From: a virus
Taxonomy: Duplodnaviria > Heunggongvirae > Uroviricota > Caudoviricetes
Direction: 5' to 3' (one strand)
Length of the DNA stretch: 64,000 nucleotides
Virus record (IMG/VR): IMGVR_UViG_3300032335_000499
Below are positions 59,201-64,000 of this stretch, piece by piece; position 1 is the first letter of the stretch, and the number at the start of each line of letters is the position of its first letter. Position numbers and translations under genes: made by a program. A model generated the notes under the pieces. It did not search any database and had not been told where the DNA came from. It saw nothing but the letters and a program-made list of their open reading frames with translations.

Positions 59201-61152
59201 GATCTATCGGAACATATGACCAAGATACTCCAACTGCTCAAACATATGACCAAGATACCCCATCTATCGTATCATTTGATGAACAAATCTGTTATCTAAC
59301 TCTGTCTTCTGGAAGCACTACTACACTTAATATTAATGACCCTGTAGTATTCGATGATGACATTGGTGGAAGCGTTATCGATGACATTGAAGGTATCCTC
59401 GCTGATACCACTTATTATGTTATCGAAATTCTAAGTTCTACCGACTTCATAGTGTCTTCGACTGTGGGCGGAAGTCCAGTCGACCTAGTGAGCGAAACGA
59501 AATCAGTAGGTATGGTTGCTAATGGCTTGACTGTTGCTCCTATCGCAACAATCTCTAACGAAATTACTCCCCCGCTAGCGACAACTAATGCTACTGCATC
59601 TTCGGCAGTTAACGATAGAATAACAGTAACAAGCACTACAGGGTTTGCGTTGGACCAAACTGTCGAGTTCAAAGGAACATCGTTTGATGGTCAAATACTC
59701 ACTGATGGAACACTCTATTTTGTGCAGTCTATCGTATCTTCTACCCAGTTTACAATTTCAACAACCTCGGGCGGAAGCTTATTACCACTAGACGGTGGTA
59801 CAGGCAATATGCAAGTGGTAGTTGGTGGTAGACCGGCTGTGCGTGTAACTACAGAAATCGATCATAACTTTGAAACTAATACATTGATTAGAATTGACGG
59901 TGTACTTGGAGCAGTTCAGCTAAACGGAAATACATATTATGCACGAGTTATAGATGACATTACCTTTGATTTGTATACTGAATCTTATGACCCTAGTGTT
60001 ACCGCAGTAAATTATCCTGTAACTACTATTTCTGCCTACATTAGCGGCGGCTATGCATGGCGTGCAGGACTATTCTACTTGTCATCGGCTACAGTTACTG
60101 GAACAAGCGGTACAGCAATTACCGTAGATTCAACCGCTTCGCTCGTAATTGATACTCCTATCTACTTTAGTAAGATAGAAACTATCGCAGGAACCACATT
60201 TGCTTCAGGTCTTGAATCAGGAGTAGAATATTATGTTAAGGCTATTGACAGCTTTGCAAAAACCTTTAGCGTAAGCACTACTAGAGGCGGCGATGCATTT
60301 GCGCTGACCTCAAGTTCTGAAGTGCTAAATGCAACTCAGTGGTCTCAGGAAAATGTTGATAGACTTTGGGTTACTGTTAATGGTTATCGCATCCCTTCAT
60401 CTAAATTGAGAATTAGCCCAGCCAATGAAGTTGGTATCTTAACCGAAATTCAATCCGGAGATCAAGTAATCATCACTAGCATGATTCCTAACGCAACTCC
60501 TGATGAAGAAATCTATATCAATATCGTAGACGCTACCGAAAATGCAGCAGTCTATAGACAGAACTCATCCACTACTACTTGGATAACTCAACCGATATAT
60601 GATCTTTCAAATACGATTTATGTAAATGATGTTACGCAAATTACTGAACAGACCGTGCAAACTGAAGTTGTTCCTACTGCGGTTAATAATTATTATTACA
60701 TAGGATTGACTGCTGACAAGAATCTAATTACTAGTGTTACCGTATATAATAATTCGACACTCCAAACATTGCCGGCTAGTGCTTACTCAGTAGTACTTGA
60801 CGACTTGACTCCTACGTTAAAGATTGCATCCGGAGTGACAGCCGGGAACTCAGTAACTATTACTGTACTTCAGGGCAACATGATTTACGTCAACGGTGAG
60901 TTTATCGGATTCACTGAAGTTGATGTCGAAAATAATGCATTGATTGGATTGTACAGAGGTACTGACGGAACACCGGCTGAATTCTATATTCCTGAATATG
61001 CTAAGGTATTTGGATTACTATCCTCACAGAGACTACCCGATGTATATTATGATCAGACATGGAATTCATATGTGTGGAATACTACACTAGGAGATCCTTT
61101 ACAGATTAGTAATACTATCCCGGCAAACTTCTTAAAAGCGGACATATCTTAA
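41296..61152 (+). CDS. Giant 6618-aa baseplate wedge/adhesin protein (gp7-like position)
   Basis: Uninterrupted ORF after gp6; N-terminal FLPEVFQT..N.EFL.ATLDQ; YINEAKPYHV wedge-type motif; many beta-rich repeats; late-like box GATAAGTA at 41283-41290. Confidence 0.8.
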   Translation: MARVRTLDFLPEVFQTPTNAEFLAATLDQIVNPPNTTRIQGYVGSRFGYGINATDRYVLEPTKVRTDYQLDPGVVFTKTNEPVAKDFISYPGIIDALKLAGGATDNNSRMFESEFYSWDSFIELDKLINFNEYYWLPYGPPAVTVAQSLIYSRADYRVTDNPNSYSIVELGASGTNANPTLTLLRGGIYTFLVDQDTQFWIQSEPGVSGFSANFPNIPVRDVYGVENNGSNLGVVTFNVPQKDAQNEYILPGRNPVDLISTTPFSEVNGVQLSELGNIDGVTGLEGLRVAFYNTGVPNEIGFVSQYYSEDNFDVNNNQYVPPLTVTITSCNTTTLTIATGDTSTFTAGQSITFDTPTIGGLTDGQVYYVRDIVSPTQFTISDYIDGPVYTLTAGTGTMTANINQGLLEEGFYTNVSETYYRITYVGNPDSPVLRLIPDGVIPIGENIIPIYGELWSNRPFYRDVTGVLNLLPQITAPSDILYYQDSTNPNKVGIIRIVESNNTNTLNVDADILTQANFTATNGVVFTNGLKVRFNGDVIPASYLEGEYYVEGVGTRIELVPVDSLVCPEAFTQGGFIPWDTAPYDIGNFDIELFIPVEPDYITIARNSISKNAWSRSNRWFHVSVINATAGYNNNPNILTEYANSDNKARRPIIEFYPNLKLFNSGSQGKAAVDFVDTRATDALSDVAGLNAYYPDVEVYTSNGATIDAVSITPVSVTSTIVGQTYKIETLGNTNWNTFAGTTGVDYVDGNIVRCAVTGTGTGTVVKYSTDITVAESDITGAFQIGMYLGDTDAVLPVNSQVTNLTGAGTGTLTITAAWLTANTVSAVVNASIVGTDTTVNNYGLFTGARIVFAADTDANTLNKIYVAELSTITPGAKPTITLSLAEDGEVLVNEQVAILRGYNYQGASFYYDGFEWLEAQLKSNVNEPPLFDVFDDNGISFGNSDIYGSTTFKGCKLFAYGINDTTIDDPILGFPVRYSAIDNVGDISFDVSLNLDTFNYVAGGAPITQKVNTGYVYNFANLVTFTRELGWQTAVAPSTQYQAFDFPYTAGATPNYFTCDIAKLPDLALDELGWPRIQVFINNRYLTEDEYQVYGTSTSTVVILNQAPVVDTAIQILLLSDQVSKTAYYTIPINLNNNPFNTDLETADIGDIRSHYRDIFINAPNTSGEIFGNNNFRDCGDLISYGTKIIQNSASLVLPGTFLRKQNHDLFSALMFNSREYIKYKQLLVDTVQNSEFTQRYTPSEMLDDALDQITAAKSQGNAFFWSDMLPGKAAFRTNTYTFANSLDTSIYPLTRVYNFETANYNGVLVYLSRTVDNNTVQTQLTNGVDYTISTDSPSLTVTLDLIANDKITIKEYNQTYGSYVPNTPTKLGLYSSFQPTVVLDADYNTPTYFILGHDGSYTKLYGEYIPETNTLTNFVDQVLLEFEKRIYNNLKLGTEVVIKDYEVLPGFFRDSDYSLEEWLAMYTPNFLNWIGQNRLDYKTQFYNKNDFFTYNYTNSQEKLTREPIKQGYWRGLYEYFYDTVTPNSTPWQMLGFADEPTWWQERYGPAPYTSDNLLLWQDLEIGFVWNNTASYVVPELARPGLTQVLPVDSNGDIVAPWTSIVGNYNPSTFQKDWKIGDMGPVELSYRRSSTWPFDLVKLFALTKPAEFYNLAVDLDNYKYNVEFNQYLVNDRSHLIISDVEIYGNGTAKTSYINWIVDYEKQLGIDATTNITTLLDNLDVRLVYRLAGYSDKNLLQFYVEKGSPNSNNASLLIPDESYSVLLYDNQPYDKLAYSSVVIQSVDGGYTVYGNSQTFSYFTVKEPIYNGKWVNYDVTGVTTRVAEDYATTDVLVPYGTKFYTIQEVAQFLASYSAWTQSKGMIFQEIESGIEINWRLMIQEFMYWTQTGWVEGSVLTLNPAATVLEIDQVSTIVQPLTVQNQNFILNQNLYPVQLNNICVLRDGTRFRVHTLNQGDAFSYAQFNLSNFEHGIVFNNETLFNDTIYNLTTGLRQNRIYLRGTKTAEWDGTVDAWGFVLNQDNVVEWSRELKYTKGSIVLYKNKYWSALKIVEPSSVFNELEWKEIDYADIQKGLLPNASTRAYESTLYYDINNANLENDADLLSYSLIGYRPRDYLALADLTDVTQINVYRNLIRDKGTLNAANAFKGANLPQGGIDYTLYENWAILSGEYGGLLNDNFVEFKLDQPSLTGNPSIVSLNNGIYTPGAQQEVSLYSLFNYGRLPESPNILSTTTETYPVALYPNAGYVNFNDVKMASYYYAGLPSAINRSGTYIPVNQFYVRDYLWLANFKEKWAVYSWKPIAEVIQVRGNINDTATITFSKPHGLSKLDPIAIINFADNIDGYYIVSDIVNLTQIIINLTAPTAQNTPLIGRGLGMKFVNQRVATPADIKDLDLLEAEFTKNTVWVDENTDGGWAVYRKNINYQLQTELSRPISEFETGYGVTFGSSVAYTSQAGYLIGDAGAGKVYRYAVNLLSGDFNVVETLTNGTSFGAKIVYGQNVYAISEPTSVTPAVYLYIINNSVVSDDMTDNTTLTPEPYQTILAPGGVTDWGSQLAMSDDANWIYISDVDNDQVYVYRRQNFSLDAGYFVPTETYIITSLGNTDFTLIGAVENKVGITFVATGAGTGTGTATQSSYKFATIIDGSLEVAAGSNFGSAIATDYKGDTVIIGAPNVDYSMSVNDWGKALVYQRRMQNVEVQYTSIPNEPQVYSLGWSPTSLDVTVTSISGNELVCVDTTGMTVNDPVLFSGSVFSGSDVSVGGIVYYVEDVVDSTHFTIKTSRSSSTAATINNFTPSVDAASAIVPGQTYIIVSVGTTDFTAIGASANTVGVVFTATTAGTGTGTASKVMIANVQTNPLYVSVNGTLVADNNYAIVSDDLYYVGAVNGGDIVNISDSGFDFVQEVNSQFNDRPGIQFGYALDCDTQGAMFVVGAPYEINSNNVEGAAYTYINGGARYGVVIGTNECNITTDRNLLLNGYLVPLTAGNATLAAQIINGTNITNVQASATADNKLIIQVINTDLSIYNEKLLVAADSATLSELGIELYTNTQIVTIPHVYGQSQFGKAIKFNDRGSLLVSAPVGTRFAATTFDFTDDENLDNDTIFDNNATRFIDEYPNAGAVYMFDYLGTYNENLLNSGKFVYAQAVNYTQTEYGFNPYYGEAIEFNDNVVMVGAPDFIPAQNGGLITVFDNASGISDWSEFRQSSPIVDVNKIQNSQIFSAETNNTLANLDYMDPLQGKLLGVVRENLDYVAGIDPAKYNSDLADQTGYNWGSEQVGQLWFNTNNIRFMNYHQNDVVYNSEYWGTLFPGSDIAVYTWVVSNVPPNQYQGPGIPFNTNLYCVASTINASGVVVPIYYFWARNTNVISEYREKTLSDFVIANYISNPRGSGVAYMAPLLPNTFALYNCSSVINANDSVFHIGYANGTSDDVGHQEFTLIRQNYPDDFLPGLPNSVIMHGNNTNVNQNVYNTQLPSGLYDRMLDSLSGCDEDGQVVPNPFLPKAVQSGVLARPRQSFFFDRFDAVKNYLIYANDVLAQFPITETRPNATFLFASGEFYDTADYWEYVNWWAIGYDNNTKSVIQVGIYSDLATLNVAVGTLVTVEQNGAGKFEVYRYDGDSIWTRVGLENGTIQFKTFLWDYAAGKFGFSGDFFDNTSYDLYPSEETRYIIRALNEQIYLDELVEFRNKSLIILFEYIQSETIESQNYLPWLNKTSLLDVSHTIRELRPVEVFQSDNQDFLEGYINEAKPYHVVIKEFIFSYKGQEDYLGNFTDFDLPATYNTTYQKFISPQLVYGDPSTEYQYSATSDIWNNPSYSAWFENYGISITGEDNYPITTLVSYVSLSSNYIIVDNAQGFPINGVIRIGDEDISYAYVDRALNILGGLVRGLNNTTTGDHLPNEQVYIDLPAVVVLNGGSNYSEPPQITAYIDLAVYPEPSEAAVFEAVMSNGVVQSVTVINPGRGYAVLPELIVAPSEEIYFTNNDINSELHTVRLYAPNLRTGDLVKFRSGTNTSGLSTVSVGKLVDDQWYYINVLEDTPTAIVAFYTNYADALQDHDRIAIFANGESNNLSIAPGAKVSAISSSAPIRENNITLRFDRTTYGSQVQDWRAGAYYGSFFAGSYYNSESVSSSNILLDNEFPDINTILASAQGATFEIVDVTNDQELDWSSFIRYILSTTASTDAIRLVPQTNSFVATGSISNGSGASGTTMTILEVDSGTIELGTFIYGSGIDPDTYVVSQLSGTTGGAGTYQLSVAAFTGNIQITGYDLFNYLPNTSGTTVGFYEGMPIKFVGAVIGGLVNNQTYYVKDIINDLDFTVSATVGGGTLALSDASASLAGLECYTGEVVNTAVLTVNYPGILEVTASTSGTNALTVPTSVIGTGGTYNFYTNLPVFFTGDVFGGIIENEPYYITTVIDEENFTISTTQNPLMIDVSATIGSTDTVVLSSVDGITINTPIIFVDLVGATGGIVQGTTYYVSAIDTVNNEIKIALTINGTPVDLSNSSVTGTLISQAGVVTLTTATGTMTMNVSLPVSPGQINGQLFTLYGTSPQFPDITSGTVSDKIIRTVNATVDTSNVIAISSVQGGTSFFYKNMPVSFDISVGGLSPDPTYYYIVEFSGMDDPLNVGEVFPNIQVQVVSTSSTGNLITVDVSEGFDTDSLYVGMPIVFSGTGFGNIIIDREYFVASIPSSTTFTIKETLVGSTFVLQNGSGLMIGTGDPYVKVSTAPDGAAETLTTDVAPGAIMTQYIIDPPIFDMSYVVGGYRAIIQDGGEGFAINNTITISGVEVGGTTPANDITLTVNTVDASGVITSVICAGTAPGQSNQYYLKVISPTQLEVYSDPLMNVPVSGIDFAYEGFTTTSVTETQASTDTLTLTDTTGFEVNDAIVFTGNVAGNVVANETYYIVDVTGNDIQISENPGGSVFALATVLSANFTAAKPGSVALLPEPFFFNQSIVKFNGRVYVCIISNDDSEFVLGKWELIDSGDRRLNAMDRTIGYYNPTVNMPGVDLTQLFEGVTYPNSIYQGNAFQPNQQFELDTILQDQPFYPNDVDMTGIVYAGDRYIACANLPTYTGIVQSEDAELWDIGKLTNAGIGASDMVYNDGLYVMTSTNPATPVFRSQDGIVWTTNGYYTPFGYLPYDESPYDSTSLSVSALSLNSVAYGNGIWVAVGENIVTSPDTYIWSEVTNFDPVLQINLYGVQYVTLVSFTGWIAVGKGKRYDYSTGLTELVDTSYIYYSVNGINWLQVPTVTDKALYGIASDGTGAIAIGDEGVRFYSETGSDWFGMNEAAVITFSETNYIIEIAPAALQLNQEIKFNTTFSDIVAGTSYYVKQIVSPTLITISATPGGVVKTLSAAAVPANTMLYSYEVGSASILDLSYSNSIWMGVGNEGRVLTSPDGIVWTDQDSGTENVLRGITYNNTAVEFVVVGQNNTIIASDDDGATWNSTSLFAVTPSTYDVQGAAFEFGYGPEELVPGLIADNLVMTVSTRPGTNWPVEEYAHTGFNVVSIQLTPTSGEQTEYSFDGVVNIPAQILVQVLDATTELGTTLSTSDYSIDWLTKKITLNAPLDYLSPSTQSLRIDVYEVGNGDQLVKSNTNIDPIRTNSVSGFNEIYLNCNYSGLLYTGSGVFQSGTSAQTVLVTATDGVTNRLTCEDVSNLVVNSSITFQGSVFGNIVEDTIYYVKSISTATKTITISDSFNGSTGVAGPTFSLSTDTGTMYINLQVGNGLVWTTPIIYHNGVQMVFGVTGLISKLTAGTNAITTSSTSGMSVGEPIVFCEACGSFGNVIQPMVVYYINSIIDGNEFTISATQGGPVLPLDSSTGGARFVTNDYAISLQPNDIQAKLIFPTDSYTTESDYIVYSIFGQTYPEQYGFALPQTQEFVGDGSQASFALNNFVGDDNPINAIVEIDGLRQTLSSYSISFATDTILFFAPPANGSVISVTSYNDTNRQYLTSQYNITGNPESSLVSYTVGSSTRSIGTYDQDTPTAQTYDQDTPSIVSFDEQICYLTLSSGSTTTLNINDPVVFDDDIGGSVIDDIEGILADTTYYVIEILSSTDFIVSSTVGGSPVDLVSETKSVGMVANGLTVAPIATISNEITPPLATTNATASSAVNDRITVTSTTGFALDQTVEFKGTSFDGQILTDGTLYFVQSIVSSTQFTISTTSGGSLLPLDGGTGNMQVVVGGRPAVRVTTEIDHNFETNTLIRIDGVLGAVQLNGNTYYARVIDDITFDLYTESYDPSVTAVNYPVTTISAYISGGYAWRAGLFYLSSATVTGTSGTAITVDSTASLVIDTPIYFSKIETIAGTTFASGLESGVEYYVKAIDSFAKTFSVSTTRGGDAFALTSSSEVLNATQWSQENVDRLWVTVNGYRIPSSKLRISPANEVGILTEIQSGDQVIITSMIPNATPDEEIYINIVDATENAAVYRQNSSTTTWITQPIYDLSNTIYVNDVTQITEQTVQTEVVPTAVNNYYYIGLTADKNLITSVTVYNNSTLQTLPASAYSVVLDDLTPTLKIASGVTAGNSVTITVLQGNMIYVNGEFIGFTEVDVENNALIGLYRGTDGTPAEFYIPEYAKVFGLLSSQRLPDVYYDQTWNSYVWNTTLGDPLQISNTIPANFLKADIS

Positions 61153-61167
61153 ATGATAAATAACACT

Positions 61168-61320
61168 ATGAAAGAATCTAAGTCGCAAAATGAAGGAAAG
61201 ACGGTCAAAACCTCATCCGCTAAACCAAATGAGGTCGGCGGGTTCTACTTCTCTTCTGGTATTAAGATTTTTGATCCACAGACCCAAGAAGTATTAGTGC
61301 AGAAAAGAGGGGATAGTTAA
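61168..61320 (+). CDS. 50-aa late protein resembling the N-terminus of the next gene
   Basis: Not in ORF track. MKESKSQ...GIKIFDPQTQEVLVQKRGDS*; late promoter GATAAATA at 61155-61162; TAATG overlap with 61320. Confidence 0.7.
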   Translation: MKESKSQNEGKTVKTSSAKPNEVGGFYFSSGIKIFDPQTQEVLVQKRGDS

Positions 61321-61940
61321 TGTCTGTTATCAATTTGTCGTATAAAGTTGAAGGTTTTTTAAAAATCTATGATCCAAACGACGGAGAAGTATTCGTAGAG
61401 AAAAAGAATGCTATCAACTATGAAAATATGTCGGAAGCAATCGCAGATACGTTGAGTAGTCGCGGCATCGGAGAAATCTATCAGATGGCATTTGGTAATG
61501 GCGGCGCAGCAGTTGATCAGACTGGTGTAATCACATATCTTCCACCCAACGTGACTGGTCAAAATGCAGCATTGTACAATCAGACCTATGCTAAAATCGT
61601 AGATGACACAAGTGTTTTCAATCTTGATCCTACTAGAAATAAGATGACTGTTTTCCACACTACTGGAAGAACCTATACAGATATTTTAGTACAGTGTTTG
61701 CTAGACTATGGTGAACCCTCAGGACAGGATGCATTTGACAATAGCACACAAACAAATAGCGCATATGTATTTGATGAACTAGGGCTTTTAGCTAACTATG
61801 GTACTGACAGCACCGGTAACGTCATTACTCGTTTGCTGACCCATGTCATTTTTCACCCAGTTCAAAAATCATTAAACCGCCAAATTCAAATCGATTATAC
61901 AGTTCGAATTCAGAGTTTGACGAACTTAGTAACAATTTAA
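61320..61940 (+). CDS. Putative virion (baseplate/fibre attachment) protein
   Basis: MAFGNGG...FDELGL...LLTHVIFHPVQKSLNR.IQIDYTVRI; located between wedge and fibre genes. Confidence 0.65.
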   Translation: MSVINLSYKVEGFLKIYDPNDGEVFVEKKNAINYENMSEAIADTLSSRGIGEIYQMAFGNGGAAVDQTGVITYLPPNVTGQNAALYNQTYAKIVDDTSVFNLDPTRNKMTVFHTTGRTYTDILVQCLLDYGEPSGQDAFDNSTQTNSAYVFDELGLLANYGTDSTGNVITRLLTHVIFHPVQKSLNRQIQIDYTVRIQSLTNLVTI

Positions 61941-61962
61941 TATAGTTCGGGGAGTGTAGGCA

Positions 61963-64000
61963 GTGTCATTTACTATTGTAAGAACAAATGGAACAGTATT
62001 AGCAATAATCCCCGATGGGGATTTAAACACCGATAGCTCTCCTCTATTTTTGCCCGGACGTAATTATCCGGGATATGGTTCAGTAATAGATACTAACTTT
62101 GTTCGCACTCTCGAAAATTATGCATTTACTGCACCGCCTGGAAACGCACTGCAAGGGCAGCTTTGGTACGATACTAGCACTGCTAGCGGCAACATTACTG
62201 GTACTCTAAAGATTTGTCCAGTTGATGGTGAATCAAATGCAGCTAACTGGTATACTATCTTAACTAGTAGTAGTACAACAGATATAGTTGCCGGAAACGT
62301 TACTGCAACCGGTAATGTAGACGCAAACAACTTTAACGCCGGTAACATTATTACTGCTAATCTAGTATCAACTGATTATCTAACAGTAAATGTACAAGCA
62401 AATATTGCAAACGCAAATATTACTGGTAATGCTAATATTGCTAACTTATTAACTGTAAATATTACTACCGGATCTAATGTAACTTCTGGTAATATTACCG
62501 GTGCATGGTCATTAGATGGAACTGTGAACTCAAATGGCAATATTACTGCGTTAGGCTTCAAGTCAGATAACTATCGCTATGCTAATGGTCAATTAATTAC
62601 CTTTGATGCCGCAGCAGGGAACACCGGAGAGATCCAGTTCAACACTAGTGGAATTTTAGCCGCTAGTTCTGATTTTACATTTAATTCGTCAACTGGATTG
62701 GCAGTGGTCGGTAATATAACGGGTGCAAACTTTATAGCAGATTTCGGCGGCGTCTATATTGGTAATGGTTCCGGATTATCTGCTCTCCCTGCTGCAAATC
62801 TTACCGGAACTCTATCCTCAGCTATACAAAGCAACATTACTCATTTGGGTACATTAGCTAGTTTAACGGCAACTGGTAACATTAACACCGCTAATCTATT
62901 TGCTACTGCGGTCAATGCAACTAGTCTGATCGGTACATTAGAAACAGCGGCTCAACCAAACATCACTAGCGTTGGTACACTAACCTCACTTGATGTTACT
63001 GGCAACATTACATCAGGTAATGCTAGTTTAGGTAATTTAGTAACTGCTAACTTTGTGACTGGTACTCTGACAACTGCTGCTCAACCTAACCTCACAAGTG
63101 TCGGTACACTAAGTTCACTAGCAGTTACCGCAAACATCACTGCTGGTAATATCTACGCTAACTCAGGTAGAATTGGGGCTATATTACTAACTGGTACATT
63201 AACTACAGCAGCACAGGCTAATATCACTAGTGTCGGTACACTCTCTTACTTAAACGTTACTGGAGCGATAAATGCGGATACCGTAGCCGGTACGTTTTCA
63301 GGTGACGGCGCCAATATATTTAATATGTTGGGCAGCGAGATTATCGGAGAAGTTGGCTTTGCCGCAGTTGCTAATTCCGTTGATGTAGCAAATGTATCTA
63401 ATATAGGAAACGTTGCACTATTAAATCGTGACGGAAACGCAAGTAACGTTCTATACGGAAATGGGGTATTTGCCTCAGTTGCTGGCGCCGGTAGTAACTA
63501 CGGTAATGCAAATGTAGTATCTCTATTGTCTTCGTTTGGTTCTAATGTAATTTCTACGACTGGAAATGTGACCGCCGGCAATGTCTACGCTAACTCAGGT
63601 ACTTTGGGCGCTTCGCTACTTACCGGAACACTTACTACGGCAGCACAGCCCAACGTTACATCTGTAGGTACATTAACTTCAGCCGCAGTTACAGGCAATG
63701 TCACTGCTGGCAACGTTTATGCTAACTCAGGTACAGTTAGAGGTTCATTATTAACCGGCACAATAACAACTGCGGCACAGCCTAACATCACAAGTCTTGG
63801 TACATTGGTTAGCTTAATAGTGTCAGGTAACATCAATGCTTCAAATGTTTCTGCTAATCATTTCGGTAGCGGCGCCGGACTGTCTAATATTAACGGAAGC
63901 AATGTTACTGGTTTAGTAGCAAATGCAACTTTCGCAACTACCGCAGGAAATATTTCATCTATTCCTTCAGGAACAAAGATGTTATTTGCTCAGACAAGCG
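61963..64000 (+). CDS. Tail fibre protein, truncated by window end
   Basis: Not in ORF track. GTG start after GGGGAG; LPGRNYPGYG...NFVRTLENYA...GQLWYD N-terminal anchor, TTAAQPNITSVGTL repeats, ends IPSGTKMLFAQT (collar-like). Confidence 0.8.
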   Translation, partial: MSFTIVRTNGTVLAIIPDGDLNTDSSPLFLPGRNYPGYGSVIDTNFVRTLENYAFTAPPGNALQGQLWYDTSTASGNITGTLKICPVDGESNAANWYTILTSSSTTDIVAGNVTATGNVDANNFNAGNIITANLVSTDYLTVNVQANIANANITGNANIANLLTVNITTGSNVTSGNITGAWSLDGTVNSNGNITALGFKSDNYRYANGQLITFDAAAGNTGEIQFNTSGILAASSDFTFNSSTGLAVVGNITGANFIADFGGVYIGNGSGLSALPAANLTGTLSSAIQSNITHLGTLASLTATGNINTANLFATAVNATSLIGTLETAAQPNITSVGTLTSLDVTGNITSGNASLGNLVTANFVTGTLTTAAQPNLTSVGTLSSLAVTANITAGNIYANSGRIGAILLTGTLTTAAQANITSVGTLSYLNVTGAINADTVAGTFSGDGANIFNMLGSEIIGEVGFAAVANSVDVANVSNIGNVALLNRDGNASNVLYGNGVFASVAGAGSNYGNANVVSLLSSFGSNVISTTGNVTAGNVYANSGTLGASLLTGTLTTAAQPNVTSVGTLTSAAVTGNVTAGNVYANSGTVRGSLLTGTITTAAQPNITSLGTLVSLIVSGNINASNVSANHFGSGAGLSNINGSNVTGLVANATFATTAGNISSIPSGTKMLFAQTS
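62821..63810 (+). repeat. Coding repeats of the fibre shaft (TTAAQPNITSVGTL..L.VTGN)
   Basis: About six copies near 62821, 62944, 63070, 63202, 63634 and 63766. Confidence 0.8.

Noticed and set aside
62821-63810. CRISPR-like or DGR repeats
   Set aside because: Repeats are in-frame, degenerate at third positions and encode fibre shaft motifs; no spacers, reverse transcriptase or adenine-specific variation.
1-64000. Stop-codon reassignment, introns or inteins
   Set aside because: Core genes are full length in the standard code and I saw no intein or intron signatures.

Overview
This window is a 64-kb segment of a large T4-like myovirus genome in the standard genetic code, covering head, recombination, late-transcription and baseplate/tail genes. 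Minus strand, left part: fibre-like virion proteins, an ART-like small protein, a free-standing HNH/NUMOD3 endonuclease, the head module (gp23 capsid, gp22 scaffold, gp21 protease, acidic core protein, gp20 portal) and three tandem ~1200-aa tape-measure-like paralogues. Centre: a gp26-like chaperone with an apparent -1 frameshift extension, a ~350-nt structured non-coding region, an Hjc-type resolvase, gp46/gp47 and the gp55 late sigma factor. Plus strand, right part: baseplate module (tube-initiator-like, gp53, hub, gp5, gp25, gp6, a 6618-aa wedge/adhesin protein) and a truncated fibre gene. T4-type late promoters (consensus about NNTAAATA) precede most structural genes, often only 4-5 nt before the ATG. 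Best novelty candidates: (1) a closed, GNRA-capped ~354-nt RNA directly downstream of the resolvase gene; (2) a triplicated tape-measure locus whose copies carry different cell-wall-hydrolase cassettes (lysozyme-like, none, M15 peptidase); (3) a lambda G/GT-style programmed frameshift in the gp26/gp51-like chaperone next to that locus. All family assignments come from motif recognition by eye; no database search or folding program was run.
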